Both the position numbers and the translations under genes were made by a program. The notes beneath the pieces are model-generated. The model saw only the letters and a list, made by a program, of their open reading frames with translations, made no database searches and was not told where the DNA came from. 25,582 nucleotides of DNA from NCBI GenBank assembly GCA_003971905.1, contig RSEE01000066.1, positions 372,001 to 397,582 of the forward strand, read 5' to 3'. Source of the DNA: Moniliella sp. 'wahieum' (taxonomy: Eukaryota). This document shows, one piece after another, positions 10,222 through 20,957 of this stretch; the stretch's first letter is position 1; each line of letters begins with the position of its first letter.

Positions 10222-10342
10222 GTACCACCCGCCTGTTCGCCTCGCGCTTTTGGCGCGGCCCAACCATGGTACATAGTTGCGCAATTCATCACACTACACC
10301 TCATGTTCGTCTCGTGGTTTGTTATGGTAGCGTGTACGATTT
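10222..10342 (+). ncRNA. Possible H/ACA snoRNA (two hairpins; both boxes non-canonical as written)
   Basis: Hairpin 1 closed by GTACCA (10222-10227)/TGGTAC (10267-10272) with an internal loop and a CGCGC/GCGCG top stem; hinge ATAGTT; hairpin 2 closed by GTTGC/GTAGC; ACGATTT at 10336 where ACA-NNN is expected. Confidence 0.3.
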
Positions 10343-10542
10343 CATCAGCTCCGCTACAGATGTAACGCGTAGCGCTGGTCTATACATGCCGGGAGGGGCG
10401 GATGAGATCTGAGAGGATGTACAAGGGGGAACAGATGGCATGTTTTGGAAGGGGGTACAGACAACGCAAGGCCGCAGGAATTACTAAGTAGGAAGAGTCG
10501 TCGAAGAACCAAGCCAAGGGCGGCCCACCTGAGGCTCAGGGC

Positions 10543-13135
10543 TCAGGGCCCTGTTCCCAATGCCGGTGGTTCCAACGACAGAGCGTGCTGCCACCCCTCG
10601 GGGAACAGGTCGGGGTCCTCGGCCGGGTTGGCCAGGCCTTGGGCCAAGACGGTTTGTTTGGCGCGTTTGGTGCTGGCCAGCTCGGCCTTCCATGCTTCCA
10701 CGACGGCAGGCACCCGCGAGGGCGCATACGTGCGTGCAAACAGCGCTGCCTCGGCCGTGCGCTCGGCACCTTGCAGCAACGCAATGCACCCGTCCACGTC
10801 GCCCAATTGAAGCAGGGCCGAAAAGGCGACGTTGGTCAGCTGCTTTTCTTGCGCCAGCTCGGCAACGGTGCTCAGCAGCGCACGGTCCCCCTTGGCCACC
10901 GCCAGCAACAAGCGCCGACACATCGCCCGCCTTGCTAAAGCATTCTTGCGCCAAGTTCAAGTCCCATTGGGCCAGCGCTTTGTCTCCCAGCGTGCGCCAG
11001 TGCGCCTCGCTGCCCGCCGCCGGCTCGGCACGCGCAATGTTGAGCGCCACCTCGAGTTGATTGAGGTTGATGGCCAATTCGAACCGCTGGTCCGGATCTT
11101 GCGCCACCGACAGCGCCAGCTCCGTCTCGCCGTGCCCCTCGAGGAAGCGGGCTACGCGGTTGAGTTGGTCAGGAGGAATGTCGTGCAGCAGTTCGGCGGC
11201 TGCGTCCTTGTCGCCTTGGAGAATCAAGGTTTGGTATTGGACCATGGCGAGCGACAAGGCATAGCTGTAGATTGTCAGGTCTTTGCCCACCACGTACACG
11301 CGGCTGTGGGTGGGCAAGTAGCCCAGAATGTAAAGCTCGCTTCAGGAAGGAAGACAAGGAAGGAGGGAAGGAAGAAACGGTTAGTCTCAGAAAAAAAGAG
11401 AGAGGGACCAAGGCAAAAAGAGGACAAAAGGAAAGACGTACGTATCGGTATGACTGATTGTGTACGTTTGATCGCCGACGAGGTATTGAAGCTTGTTGTT
11501 GGTGGTGGTGTAGAGCAAGCACTCTTCCGTCCACTTGGCGGAGCGGACAGGATCGTTAACCTCGGCCACCACGTCCAAGCTGTCCTCCACCCCTTCGTCG
11601 CCCAGGTCGGCAGGGGTTTGCGCCGAGGCCAAGGCGGCCTCCAAGGCCATCGGGTTGTAGCGCAGCACGTAAAACGAGTCGTCACCAACGATGCTCACCA
11701 GCTCGCCCGAACGGGACCAAGCGACCTGCTTCGCCTCAACATCAATCCGCCGCACCAGCGCACCCGAATCCCAATCGTAAAAGCACACAAACCCATCCCC
11801 GACCACCGCCAACAGAGCCCCGCCGAAAACGGTGGTCACGGCATAGCCCAACGATAAGAACGCCTCGCGCTCTTTAAAGTTGCGGTACACCTTGACGCTT
11901 ATCGTCCGTCTTGACCGCATACGTGGTCGAGTCGTGGGACCAGGCAAAGGCCGAGCCCGGACCAAACGCTTTGTTGCGCCAGGCCAACGCGGTGTAGACA
12001 ACGTACTCGCCATCTCCGACGGCGGTGACGAAGCGGCCGTTGGGCGAATGGTGCAGCGCTTGTGCGTACGACTCCAAGTGGCCCAGTTCGCGCGTGGGCA
12101 CAATGAGCGCCTGGCCATCCGATGCCGTCTCGTCCGCTAGCGCTCCCACGTTGGCACTGTGAATCTCGAGGTTCTTGGCATAGATCACCTTGCCTGCCTG
12201 GTCCATGCTCACCACCGGTTCCTCCTTACCCAGCTTGACCACGACCAGCCCATTGTCGTACCCAAGCGCCACGTCGTTGCTCGCCTTGCTCACCGCTGCG
12301 CACCAGCACCGCTCCAGACCATAGTCCAATAAACTTTCTGTCCGGTACGTCGTACTGTCCCACACCGCACCGTGCCATCTTCCGCGCCCGAAATGAGCAC
12401 GGGAAGACTGGGATGGTAGATGGCAAAGGAGACGTTGAACGCATGGCCTTCGAGCGTCTGCACGCACGACTTGGTCAGGTAGTCCCACTTTGATCGTCTT
12501 GTCGTCCGAGCAGGTGATGAGGTAGGGCTTGTCGCTGCCAGGGTAGTAGTCGACGTAGTTGACCCCGCGCTCGTGCGCTTCGAGGGTATAGTTGGGCGTG
12601 GTGATGCCGCTCGGCCCGAGGCCGGCACCAATCGTCCACACCTTGACTGTGCGGTCGATCGAGGCCGAGGCAAAAGTGTTGGAGTCCTTGGGGTTGAACA
12701 CAAGGTGCATAATGTAATGCGTGTGGCCCTCAAACGTCTGCACGTGCTTCCAGTTCTTGTCCCAGTCAAACAGCCGGATGGACATGTCGTCGCTGCCGGT
12801 CAGGATAAAGGGCAGGGTGGGGTGCACGGCCAGGTGCGGATGTAGTCCGGGTGCGCCTCAAACTGCACCACCTTCTCCGACGTGTTGTAGTTGAACACGC
12901 GCAACTGGTGGTCATCTGCACCCGCCACAAACCAATGCTTGCGTGCGACGAACTTGGCCGTGCGCACCGGCACAGGCGCCACATCAAACGACTTGACCAG
13001 CGCACCCGTCGTGTAGTTGGTGATCTGCACCGTGCCATTGTACAGCGCAGCCAGGACCCAGGGCTCGGTCGGGTGGAAGTCGAGCGCCTTGACGCGGTCG
13101 GAGCGCGCGACAATGCGCCGGTTCAGCTCGAGCAT
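10543..13135 (-). CDS. SEC27: Coatomer (COPI) beta' subunit; intron 11340-11441; about 5 apparent frameshifts
   Basis: [130 protein letters not shown]. The intron GTACGT...ACTAAC...AAG joins [13 protein letters not shown]. Exact stop (10543 vs ~10484) is uncertain. Confidence 0.97.
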
Positions 13136-13232
13136 GGCGGCAGAGCGAGCGGAGGTGGTCGCGCAGAGCCAACCGGCCCCGTCCCGTTGGCGTGGCCGGC
13201 CAGCTGGCCCAGCCGCCATGCCCCGCCCGAAG

Positions 13233-13246
13233 ACGCGCTGACGTGG
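13233..13246. promoter_or_regulatory. ACGCGCTGACGTGG, UPRE-like bZIP element ~100 nt upstream of SEC27
   Basis: Identical 14-mer also at 18305-18318; TGACGTGG is the XBP1/ATF6-type UPRE core. Confidence 0.45.
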
Positions 13247-13809
13247 AGAGTGCTCGCGAGCCCCGACCCGACTGGCGGCGCGGGCAGGGGTAGGGTTGGT
13301 GCTTATGTCAGCACACGGCGCTTGGGCGCTTCGGTTCTGCCGGCCACGTGTTTGTGTGTGGTGGGTGGCAGTGGGTTGCGCGCTACCAAGGCTGCTGGTT
13401 GCTACGGGGTGCGGTTCAACTCAACGCTGCTCTTCCGAGCGGCAAGCGCAGATGATTTCGTGCTCTGTCGGCGTCCAGCGCCACTGGCACCGCCCTGCGC
13501 CCGGGGCAGGGAGGGCCCGTAGGCACAGCAGGGGGCAGAGTGGGGTACGTCGGCTGGACGGTCCCGGGGGAATGTAATAACACGTCGTGCGAGGACCGCC
13601 ACAGCCACGAAAGCTCTCGTCGGGCCAACGTAGCCTAGCCGGTCGGGGGGCTTGTGCGCGCCCTCGAGCCAGCCAGGGCCAGACGAGCGTTCGAAGGCGA
13701 GAGGGGGGCATATCCAGTCGTGGGGCATAGAAAGGCAGGCAACAATCAATCGGGCGCAGCCGACGCCGACCAGCCGGTTCGGGCTGGGTCGCTGCACCAC
13801 GCGGCACGG

Positions 13810-16419
13810 TTACACAAACACTGCATGGTGCGTGCGGTCACTGGGCGCCTTGGTGGTACTGGCGCCCGAGGCATAGGAACTCATAGTCAGCCCGCGCGAG
13901 CGACCTACGATCGGGCCCTCGGGCTCGGTAGGGCGCAGGTCCAGGTCGACGGGCGGGGCTAAGCTGAGGCTCAGCGGTCGGCCTAGGCGGAACGAAGGCA
14001 AGGGCGGCGAATCGACAACGCTAGCGCTCAGACTGGGCCCGACACTCGGCGCCGTCTCGGCAGGCTCGTCCATGTCGAGGTACTCCAGCCGAGGCCATAG
14101 GCGTGCGACGGCGGGTGCGGCGGTATTGGCATCGAGTCGGGGTACTGCTCCCAACTGGTCCAGCTGGTCGGGGTGGGAAACCATGCGCGGGACTGAGCCG
14201 CGTGCCAGACCGAGGCGAAGAAGCAGGGGGCGAAGGCGACGTGGTTTGCACCACTGACTCAGAAAGGTGCTGGACGAAAGTGAGAGCTGCGAGACGCCTT
14301 GCGACGCCACACCGTACAGGGGCGAGTGGTGGGACGGGCTGCGCGCAACGGTGTGGACAGAAGAGTGGTGGGAAGGGTAAGACGGCGCAGAGGGGACGGA
14401 CGGGTGGCCCGTCGAAAAACCGCCACTGGCTCCGAGGGAACGAACGCGTACTGCCCATCCGCGGGCCTACACTCGACGGGCCCCGGCTGCATACTCGGGC
14501 CGGCCGACTGGGCCGATTGCCCCCGAGCGCTGGCTGCGGTAGCCCAACGAAGCCACGGGCGAGCGCAGGGAGCGGTGCGAGCCGCGAGAAAAGGTGGATC
14601 GGCGGGTAAACGAGGGCCCGGGACTGTGCGCCCAGCGAAGGTCCGGCTCTTGACCGGGCAACACGACGTCTCGCTCGGAATTGTCCGACGCATCTTCCCC
14701 ATACACCTCGGACGTGCCATAGGTGCCCTCGTATACACTGTCGAGTGCGCTGGGGCCGCCCAGCGGTCCAGCTCCTTCCATCCACCGGGAAGGGGTACAG
14801 GTCCGACCGCAGTCGATGAGCGCCCATTGCGCCCATTGTGCCCATTGTGCCCAGCCCCATACCCCCATGCCACCCATCGTGCCCACACCCAGGGCAGCTC
14901 GGATTCCGGAGAATAGACAGCCGACTGGCCAAAGTGGTACTCGGGCAGCGGCGGCGGCGGCGACATGCGTTCTCGCTCCCGCTCCTCGAGGCAGGCACCG
15001 AGTCTTCCAACGAAGCGCGTTCGTCGTCCGACAAGACGTTGGCCTGCCATAGAGCCGCGCCTCGAGGTAAGCGCGCAAGTCGCGCTGGGAAAACGCGGCA
15101 TCGGGATCGTCCTTGGTCTGGGCGCCTGCGCCTTCGTCCAGCGGCGGAGCCAGGGTGGTCGCGACCGCTTCGTCTTCGTCTTGGGGAAAGGGCGAGGCGG
15201 GGAGGGAGGTACGCGAATGCTTGGCCCGCGGGACATTCATAATCCCGCCCACGGCATCGTCGTGGCGATCGCGCGCGCACGCGGACTCATGCCTTCCTGT
15301 CCGGAATCCCACCCCTGGACGGAAGGCGAGCGGCGACTGGGCGCAGAGGGGGGGGCGGGAACGGGGTGGTGCCGACGCGAGGTAGGGTGGGACGAGAGGT
15401 GGACGGCAGTCGCTTCGGTCGCCCCGGTTCGGGCACGGGTGGCAGAAGGGTCAATGCCCCCTGCACCGGGCGTGCCAGCACACTGCCAGTCACACTGTGC
15501 CCGGCGACCCAGCGCGAGGTGCGGCCGACCGGGTCAGAGGGCACAAGGTGCAACGCGGCAGAGAAGCTGGCTCGAGGCCTCCTTTCCCTCTCTGACTGAG
15601 ATACGGCGGGAACGGGCGCCGGCGGGGCGCACCAGCGCTCTCGGCGCGCAGGGGCGAGGGGCGTGGGCGTGGGCGTGCGGGTGGGACGCACAACAAGCGC
15701 AGAGCCGAGCCTCGGGCGGACCTGCGGGCCGCTGGGCCGGCGGAGACGGCGTGGCGAAGGTGGAACGCGGCACTCGGCCGGCAAGCGGTACAGCACAGTG
15801 AGGGCGATGGGTGGGGGGACGTGGTAGGCGGCGGACGCTGGTAGGAAGCAATGAGCGCAGGCCAGCTGCAGGGCGGGACACGTGCGTTGACCCGCTTAGG
15901 CTCGGGGGGTGGAGCTAGAGGTGGGCAGGAGGAGGTGGGTGCGTGGGACGAGGTCGTCGGCCAGGCCAAGCGCCTGGCGAGCGAGGCGACTTGTTGCTCG
16001 TAGACGCGCAGAGCGGCAGCAGCACCGTGTCGGCCTCGATCGGTGGCGCGCCGACGCAGCGGGCGGAATGCGGCTCGGCGCAAGCGGCGAAAAGACGGCG
16101 AGCCACTTGTCGAGATGGGCGGGACTGGCGAGGGTGGTGGGCTCGGTGGCGCGGGCGCGCGGGCGCGGGCGTGGGCGGCGCGGTGGGGCTGTGGGCGGCG
16201 CAGAGGCAATGTAGGCAGGCCGCGGCGAACAGAGGCAGAGCCAGAGACCGAGGGGGCGCGGGCGGGGTGGGAGGGGTGCGTCGGGCGTGGCGGGGTGGAA
16301 GGTGGGCAGGCTGGGGGCGTGGCGGAGCGAGGCGAGAGAAAGCGGGGGCGCTGGACGGCGGGGCCAGACGGGCGGTCGGAGTCACGCCGGGCAAGAAGGT
16401 GGCGGGGAGGCCCGCGCTG

Positions 16420-16460
<41 letters not shown>

Positions 16461-16563
16461 GGCTGTCGTGGTGGTTGTGGGTGCCGGGGTGGTGCTTCGA
16501 CGTGGCGCTGGCAGCACGCTGGGCGTCGTACAGGGCGTGGTGGATGCTGGGCGGGCGGCGCAT
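13810..16563 (-). CDS. Long low-complexity hypothetical protein (Pro/Ser/Arg-rich, poly-Asp), fragmented by frameshifts and possibly introns
   Basis: Chain of protein-like minus-strand segments: MRRPPSIHHALYDAQ...poly-D, ALRVYEQQVASLARRL, FSQRDLRAYLEARLYG, LDSVYEGTYGTSEVYGED, LWPRLEYLDMDE...HHAVFV*. No domain recognised. Confidence 0.55.
16420..16458 (-). repeat. (GAC)13 trinucleotide repeat, poly-Asp in the hypothetical gene
   Basis: 13 GTC units on the + strand. Confidence 0.9.
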
Positions 16564-16997
16564 GGCAGGGGCGGGTGCGGGGTCGGTGGTGGGCGGCGCG
16601 GAGGCCGAGGGGAGGCGGCCATGGCGCGGAGGCAGCCAGTGGTGGGGGGGGGGCAGGCGGCGGGGGGGGAAAGGATGGGAAAAAGATGGGACAGGCGACA
16701 CAAATGACGTTTTCGGAAGAGCAGCCGGAGAAAAGCCACCGCCACCGCTGGCACACTAACCCTGGCTGCTCGGCCTCCAGGGCATGTGTACTGTCCGTCT
16801 CAGCGCCCACATTGCCCGACGCCAGCCCAGCGCCCGACCCGCCTCGTCCCACCCGGCGCCACCCCCTCCGGTCTCCTCCGAACACACGCCTCCCGCCCGC
16901 CTTGAAACGTTCACCCCTCCTCCCACCCTGCCTTTTTCCCCTTTTTCCCTAGGTGTACGACTGCCCCTCGCCCATCCCATACCCCCGCTCGCCCGTT

Positions 16998-17815
16998 TCA
17001 ATCAAACAAAGCAGACCGTCTGTCTCCATTGGCTCCACCACCTTGCCCCTTTTCCTCTTGACCTGACGATGACGTAGTGCGAGTCCCCAGCCTCGGACCC
17101 CGTTTGGTCAGCTTGCGTGTATTAGACGCGTCGGGATCAACAGCGTCGCCGTGACGCACCGTCTGCTTACGTCCTGGCGACACTTTTTTGTTGACGGCGA
17201 GCAAAGACAGGTACTCATTCACCAGGATCAACGTTGTGTTGGGTGGCTCAGCGCGCACAGCCTCTTCCTCTGCAGCAGGTTCAATCTGTACATCTCGCAT
17301 ACCAGTCTCTTCCACCTTGGCACATCCGCCTTGCCCTTGTTGTCGTCTGCAGTGCCTTGAGCTTGCGCTGGGCCATTGGGACCGCCCCAGTCATGCTCCA
17401 ACGTCTTGGCCGCTCAGAGTCGCTGTGGGCGGTGGCCGAGTTATGGTACGACCGTGGCCACCACAGCGGGCACTGTGCCACTCCGACGCCGACCACAACC
17501 ACAACCACAACCACGACATTCGTTTGTTCCAACACACATTCCTCCCGCATCTACTCAGTCAGTTCCTCGTAGCCTCAGCCTCCTACACCATGTTCCGTGC
17601 GGAACGAGCGTGGGCAGCGCATCCAACGCACCACGGGGGACACGGCAGCGCTCGTTACCGGACAAGGTACCTTACCAGCGGCAGAAGGACGGCTGGTCGC
17701 GAGCGGTTGGGCCCTTGGGGGGGATGTCGCACGGGTGGGCGCACCAGGCCCGTCTTGTGGTTTGGGCGCGTGCTTTCTTCTCTGCAGGCGTGGCCGAGGG
17801 GGCGGGGGGCGTCAT
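16998..17815 (-). CDS. Possible small hypothetical gene
   Basis: Protein-like ORF 16998-17315 (EETGMRDVQIEPAAEEEAV...TTLILVNEYLSLLAV); an upstream ATG at ~17815 (MTPPAPSATPAEKK) with a GTAAGG donor. Structure not resolved. Confidence 0.25.
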
Positions 17816-18298
17816 CGTCGCTGAGAAGAACAAGTAAAAGGGGTTTTGGAAGAAGCGTCGCACGGGGCGCAGCTAGCCATATAGTACCAGGAGCTCAGTG
17901 GGCGCGGTAACAGGCGCAATAAAGGCGAAAGAGGTGGCATGCGAGCGAGAGGGAGGATTGGCTTGGGCTGCGCCAGCGGTAGAGGGGGAATACAACAGCA
18001 ACTGGAGTAGCCTGCTCGCCATCCCGGCCAGAGCTGCGCGCGCTTGAAGGCTCGCACCGAGTGGCAACACGCTGAGAACGGATCAAGGAGGCTGGGGTAT
18101 ATATGGGCGAGAAGCAGCTGGGCCTGCGCCAGAGTGGGGCGCTCAGCTGGAGCACTGGGATTCGGTGAGCGAGTGCTGGCGACCAGGCGCTCCCTGCGCA
18201 GCCACGGTGCTTCGTATGCTTGTCGCTTCGGCACATGTGATGTGGGATGGACTATCACATGTGACATCCCAACTTCAGATGCCACTCTAATCACCACA

Positions 18299-18318
18299 CC
18301 AATCACGCGCTGACGTGG
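18299..18318 (+). promoter_or_regulatory. CCAAT box plus ACGCGCTGACGTGG UPRE-like element upstream of the J-protein gene
   Basis: CCAAT 18299-18303 followed one base later by the 14-mer shared with the SEC27 promoter. Confidence 0.45.
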
Positions 18319-18489
18319 CGGTGGCTCGTCACCGATCGACGTCATCGACAGGGGCATCAATCAGCGAGGATTGATGGACGCTGTGTCTTGTGTGCCCCTC
18401 TCCCCTTGGCCAGCAACACCAGCCAGCTGCCCCGCTTGCCCTGTCCCACTCGTCCCCCACCCCCGCGCTTCTCCCCCCGCCGCACCGCC

Positions 18490-19452
18490 ATGACCGAGCC
18501 CCTGCCTGACTTTTACGCCGTGCTCGGCGTCCGCCCCGCCTCCACCGCCGACATTGCCCAGGCCTACCGCAAAGAATCGCTGAAAACCCACCCGGACCGC
18601 TTCCCCCACGCCACCCCCAGCGAGTACGTGCTGTGTTGTCCTGTGCCCGCATCGCCCGCATTGGCCGGCACCTGGCCTGGTGCCAAGTGCCAAGTGCCAA
18701 GTGCCAGATGCGAAGTGCGAAGTGCTAACCTCCCCGCCTTGCCCTGTGGCGCTCTAGACGCGAGACGTACACGGCGCGTTTCCAGTCCGTCGCCGACGCC
18801 TGTACGTGCCTCTCCTCCCCTCCCTCTCCCCTCCTCCTCGGCCCCGGTCTCTCTTAAATATCGAGGTAGGTAGGTATTGACATCCCCCCCCCGCCTCCTC
18901 TGTTCCTCCAGATTATGTGCTGTCGGACCCAACGCGGCGTGCCGAGTACGATGCCCAGCGCCTGGCCCAGCCGGATACCTGGGCCGAGTTTGAGCGCTAT
19001 TTTGGCCCGGCCGGCGACGCGCGGCGGGAACAGGCGTCGTCCGCCCACTTTTCCACACGCGTCCGTCGGGAGCGGGATCGACATCTGCATCGGGATCGAC
19101 ATCGGGATCGGCCGGGTCGTCGCAGGCGCCGCCGCCGGCCGGGCAGCCTTCTGCGACGGGCGTGTTTGGGGATGTGTTTGCGGAGATGCTTCGTCCGGAG
19201 GTGCACCGCTTAGCTCCGTGGTGGACGTGGGTGGGTTCGGCGTCCGGCGCGGCGCTGGGGTTTATTGTGGCCAACGTGCCTGGCGCCGTGGCGGGCGCCG
19301 TAGCGGGCAACCGCCGCGCCGTGCGCGACGCCAAGGGCAAGTCGGTCGCTGAGGTATTTGCTGACTTGGGCGCCAGCCAACGCACCCAGATCTTACGCCA
19401 CTTGGTACTCAAGTTGCTTGGCCCGCAGCCCGAGGCGTACCACAGCGCGTAG
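18490..19452 (+). CDS. J-domain (DnaJ/Hsp40 class C) co-chaperone with a C-terminal Gly/Ala-rich hydrophobic segment; introns 18624-18757 and 18802-18911
   Basis: Splicing gives LPDFYAVLGV...IAQAYRKESLKTHPDRFPHATPS/ERETYTARFQSVADA/YYVLSDPTRRAEYD (HPD motif, complete J-domain). C-terminus FGDVFAEMLRPE...GAALGFIVANVPGAVAGAVAGNR...RDAKGKSVAEVF is a conserved fungal J-protein type. One frameshift in ~19020-19150. Confidence 0.93.
18680..18728 (+). repeat. Heptamer tandem array (GTGCCAA/GTGCGAA variants, 7 units) in J-protein intron 1
   Basis: gtgccaa gtgccaa gtgccaa gtgccag atgcgaa gtgcgaa gtgctaa. Confidence 0.85.
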
Positions 19453-20957
19453 CCTCCCCTCCCCCTCCCCTCCGTATCCTTTCGTATCCTTTTCAGTTGC
19501 CCCCCCCTTGGTCCCTGCCGCGTTCGTCCTGCTTCCTTCCCCCGTTACGCGTTTTTACGTTTTTTGTTTCGAGCGGGCATTGGCCTGGGTGGATACCCCC
19601 CCCCCTCCAACTGTTGCTGGTTGGGTACCTTCTGTTCTCTCCAACCACGAGGATGCATCTCTTGACCCCATTGGCCTCCGCTCGTCCGCACAAGGTGAGG
19701 TGACCCCAGCCAGCCAGCATGGTACATTAGGCGGCTGCTCCGTTGGGCACGCGTCGTAGACCCCCGTTCTCACCTCCGTTCCTGTTCCTGTCCCGGTAAC
19801 CCGCCGCGTATCCCCCTCCCCTCGCGCGGCCCGTGGGGCCCGGAACAGCCTCTTCGTCGCACCTCACGCGGTCTGGCTTGATTGGCGCACAAGGACGTTC
19901 ATAGCAGGCTGGCAGCACGCGGCGGCGGCGGTGGGAGCAGCGCGCGACGTGGGCGCATGCCCTGCGGCACGTCCCGCCCGACGGCAAGGTGGAGCGGACG
20001 AGGTCGCGAGACGGGGCTCTGGTGGGAGGCAGAGATGCGCAGGACCGTTGCGCCTGCACGTGAATGGATTGTTCCTTGTTCTCTCGAGCGAGCGCGCAGG
20101 GCACCGTGCAGGATGGCCCGCGCGGCGGATGATCGATGAGAGGGATGACTAGATGACTCGCTGACAGATGACAGGTGTCAGATGACATGGATGACAGATG
20201 GCGCCCGCTGATCTGTCTGTCTGGGCACTGCGCCATTCTGGTTGGGTTGTGCTTGCGCTCCCTGCTGGGGTGTGGGGGAGCGGCGCCTGTCTGGATGGGG
20301 TGTGCCGGGCGGCCAGAAAGCGTCTGATGGGCGTGTGGACGAAAGGGGGCTATGCGCAGCAGTCCATTAGTCATGAGCATCCATACTCAACACTCGAGTA
20401 CGCAACAGCGTTTGAGGCGCGTGTCCGTTTCTGTGTGCGGTGTGTGATTGGGTGGCGCGGTGGCCGCTGTTGACTAGCTGGCTGTCAGGCGCATGGCGTT
20501 GCTGGGGATGGGGGGTGGGGGGTTGGGGTTGGGGGCGTGGTGGTTGTGCGTAGCGCAGCGGCGGGTGCGGATGATGGTGAGGGAGCCGCTTGGAGACGGG
20601 AGAGCCGGCCGGGGGCAGACAGATGGCGATGGAGGGGCAGGCGTGTGACATGTGACATGTGACGAGACCCAGGCGGGAGGGGCGGTGGGTGTGATGTGCA
20701 TGTGACAGGCAGTGGCTGTGACGAGAGCGGGTGGGTGCGCGCCAGACGGGCAGCACGGGGCGGGTGTGCGCCACACGCCACGTGGCGCGGGCGACGCAGG
20801 GGGGCGCATGGGGGGACGAATGGGACGCATGGGGGAGGGCGGCGCTGTGCGCTGCGCTGCCCGAAGGCCTGAGGCCTAACGCCTAACCATCCGCCCTCGG
20901 CCATCCGCACGCCCACCCGCCATCCGCACGCCCGCCACGCCCATCTGCTGCGCCGCC

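Larger units (their letters stand above)
9604..10412 (+). ncRNA. Spliced snoRNA host transcript (ends approximate); introns 9711-9876 and 9955-10132, third donor-like site at 10189
   Basis: Donors GTAAGT (9711) and GTGAGT (9955), branch points GCTGAC (9849, 10104), acceptors CAG (9876, 10132). Exons are short and each intron holds a C/D-box unit. A 154-aa spliced frame (9604-10412) is open but resembles nothing I recognise. Confidence 0.7.

Noticed and set aside
10445..13522. Plus-strand ORFs such as 10832-11857 and 12851-13522
   Set aside because: Antisense shadows of the GC3-rich SEC27 coding sequence.
19493..20830. Assorted ORFs between the J-protein gene and SPA2
   Set aside because: No recognisable domain, coherent splice structure or convincing composition.
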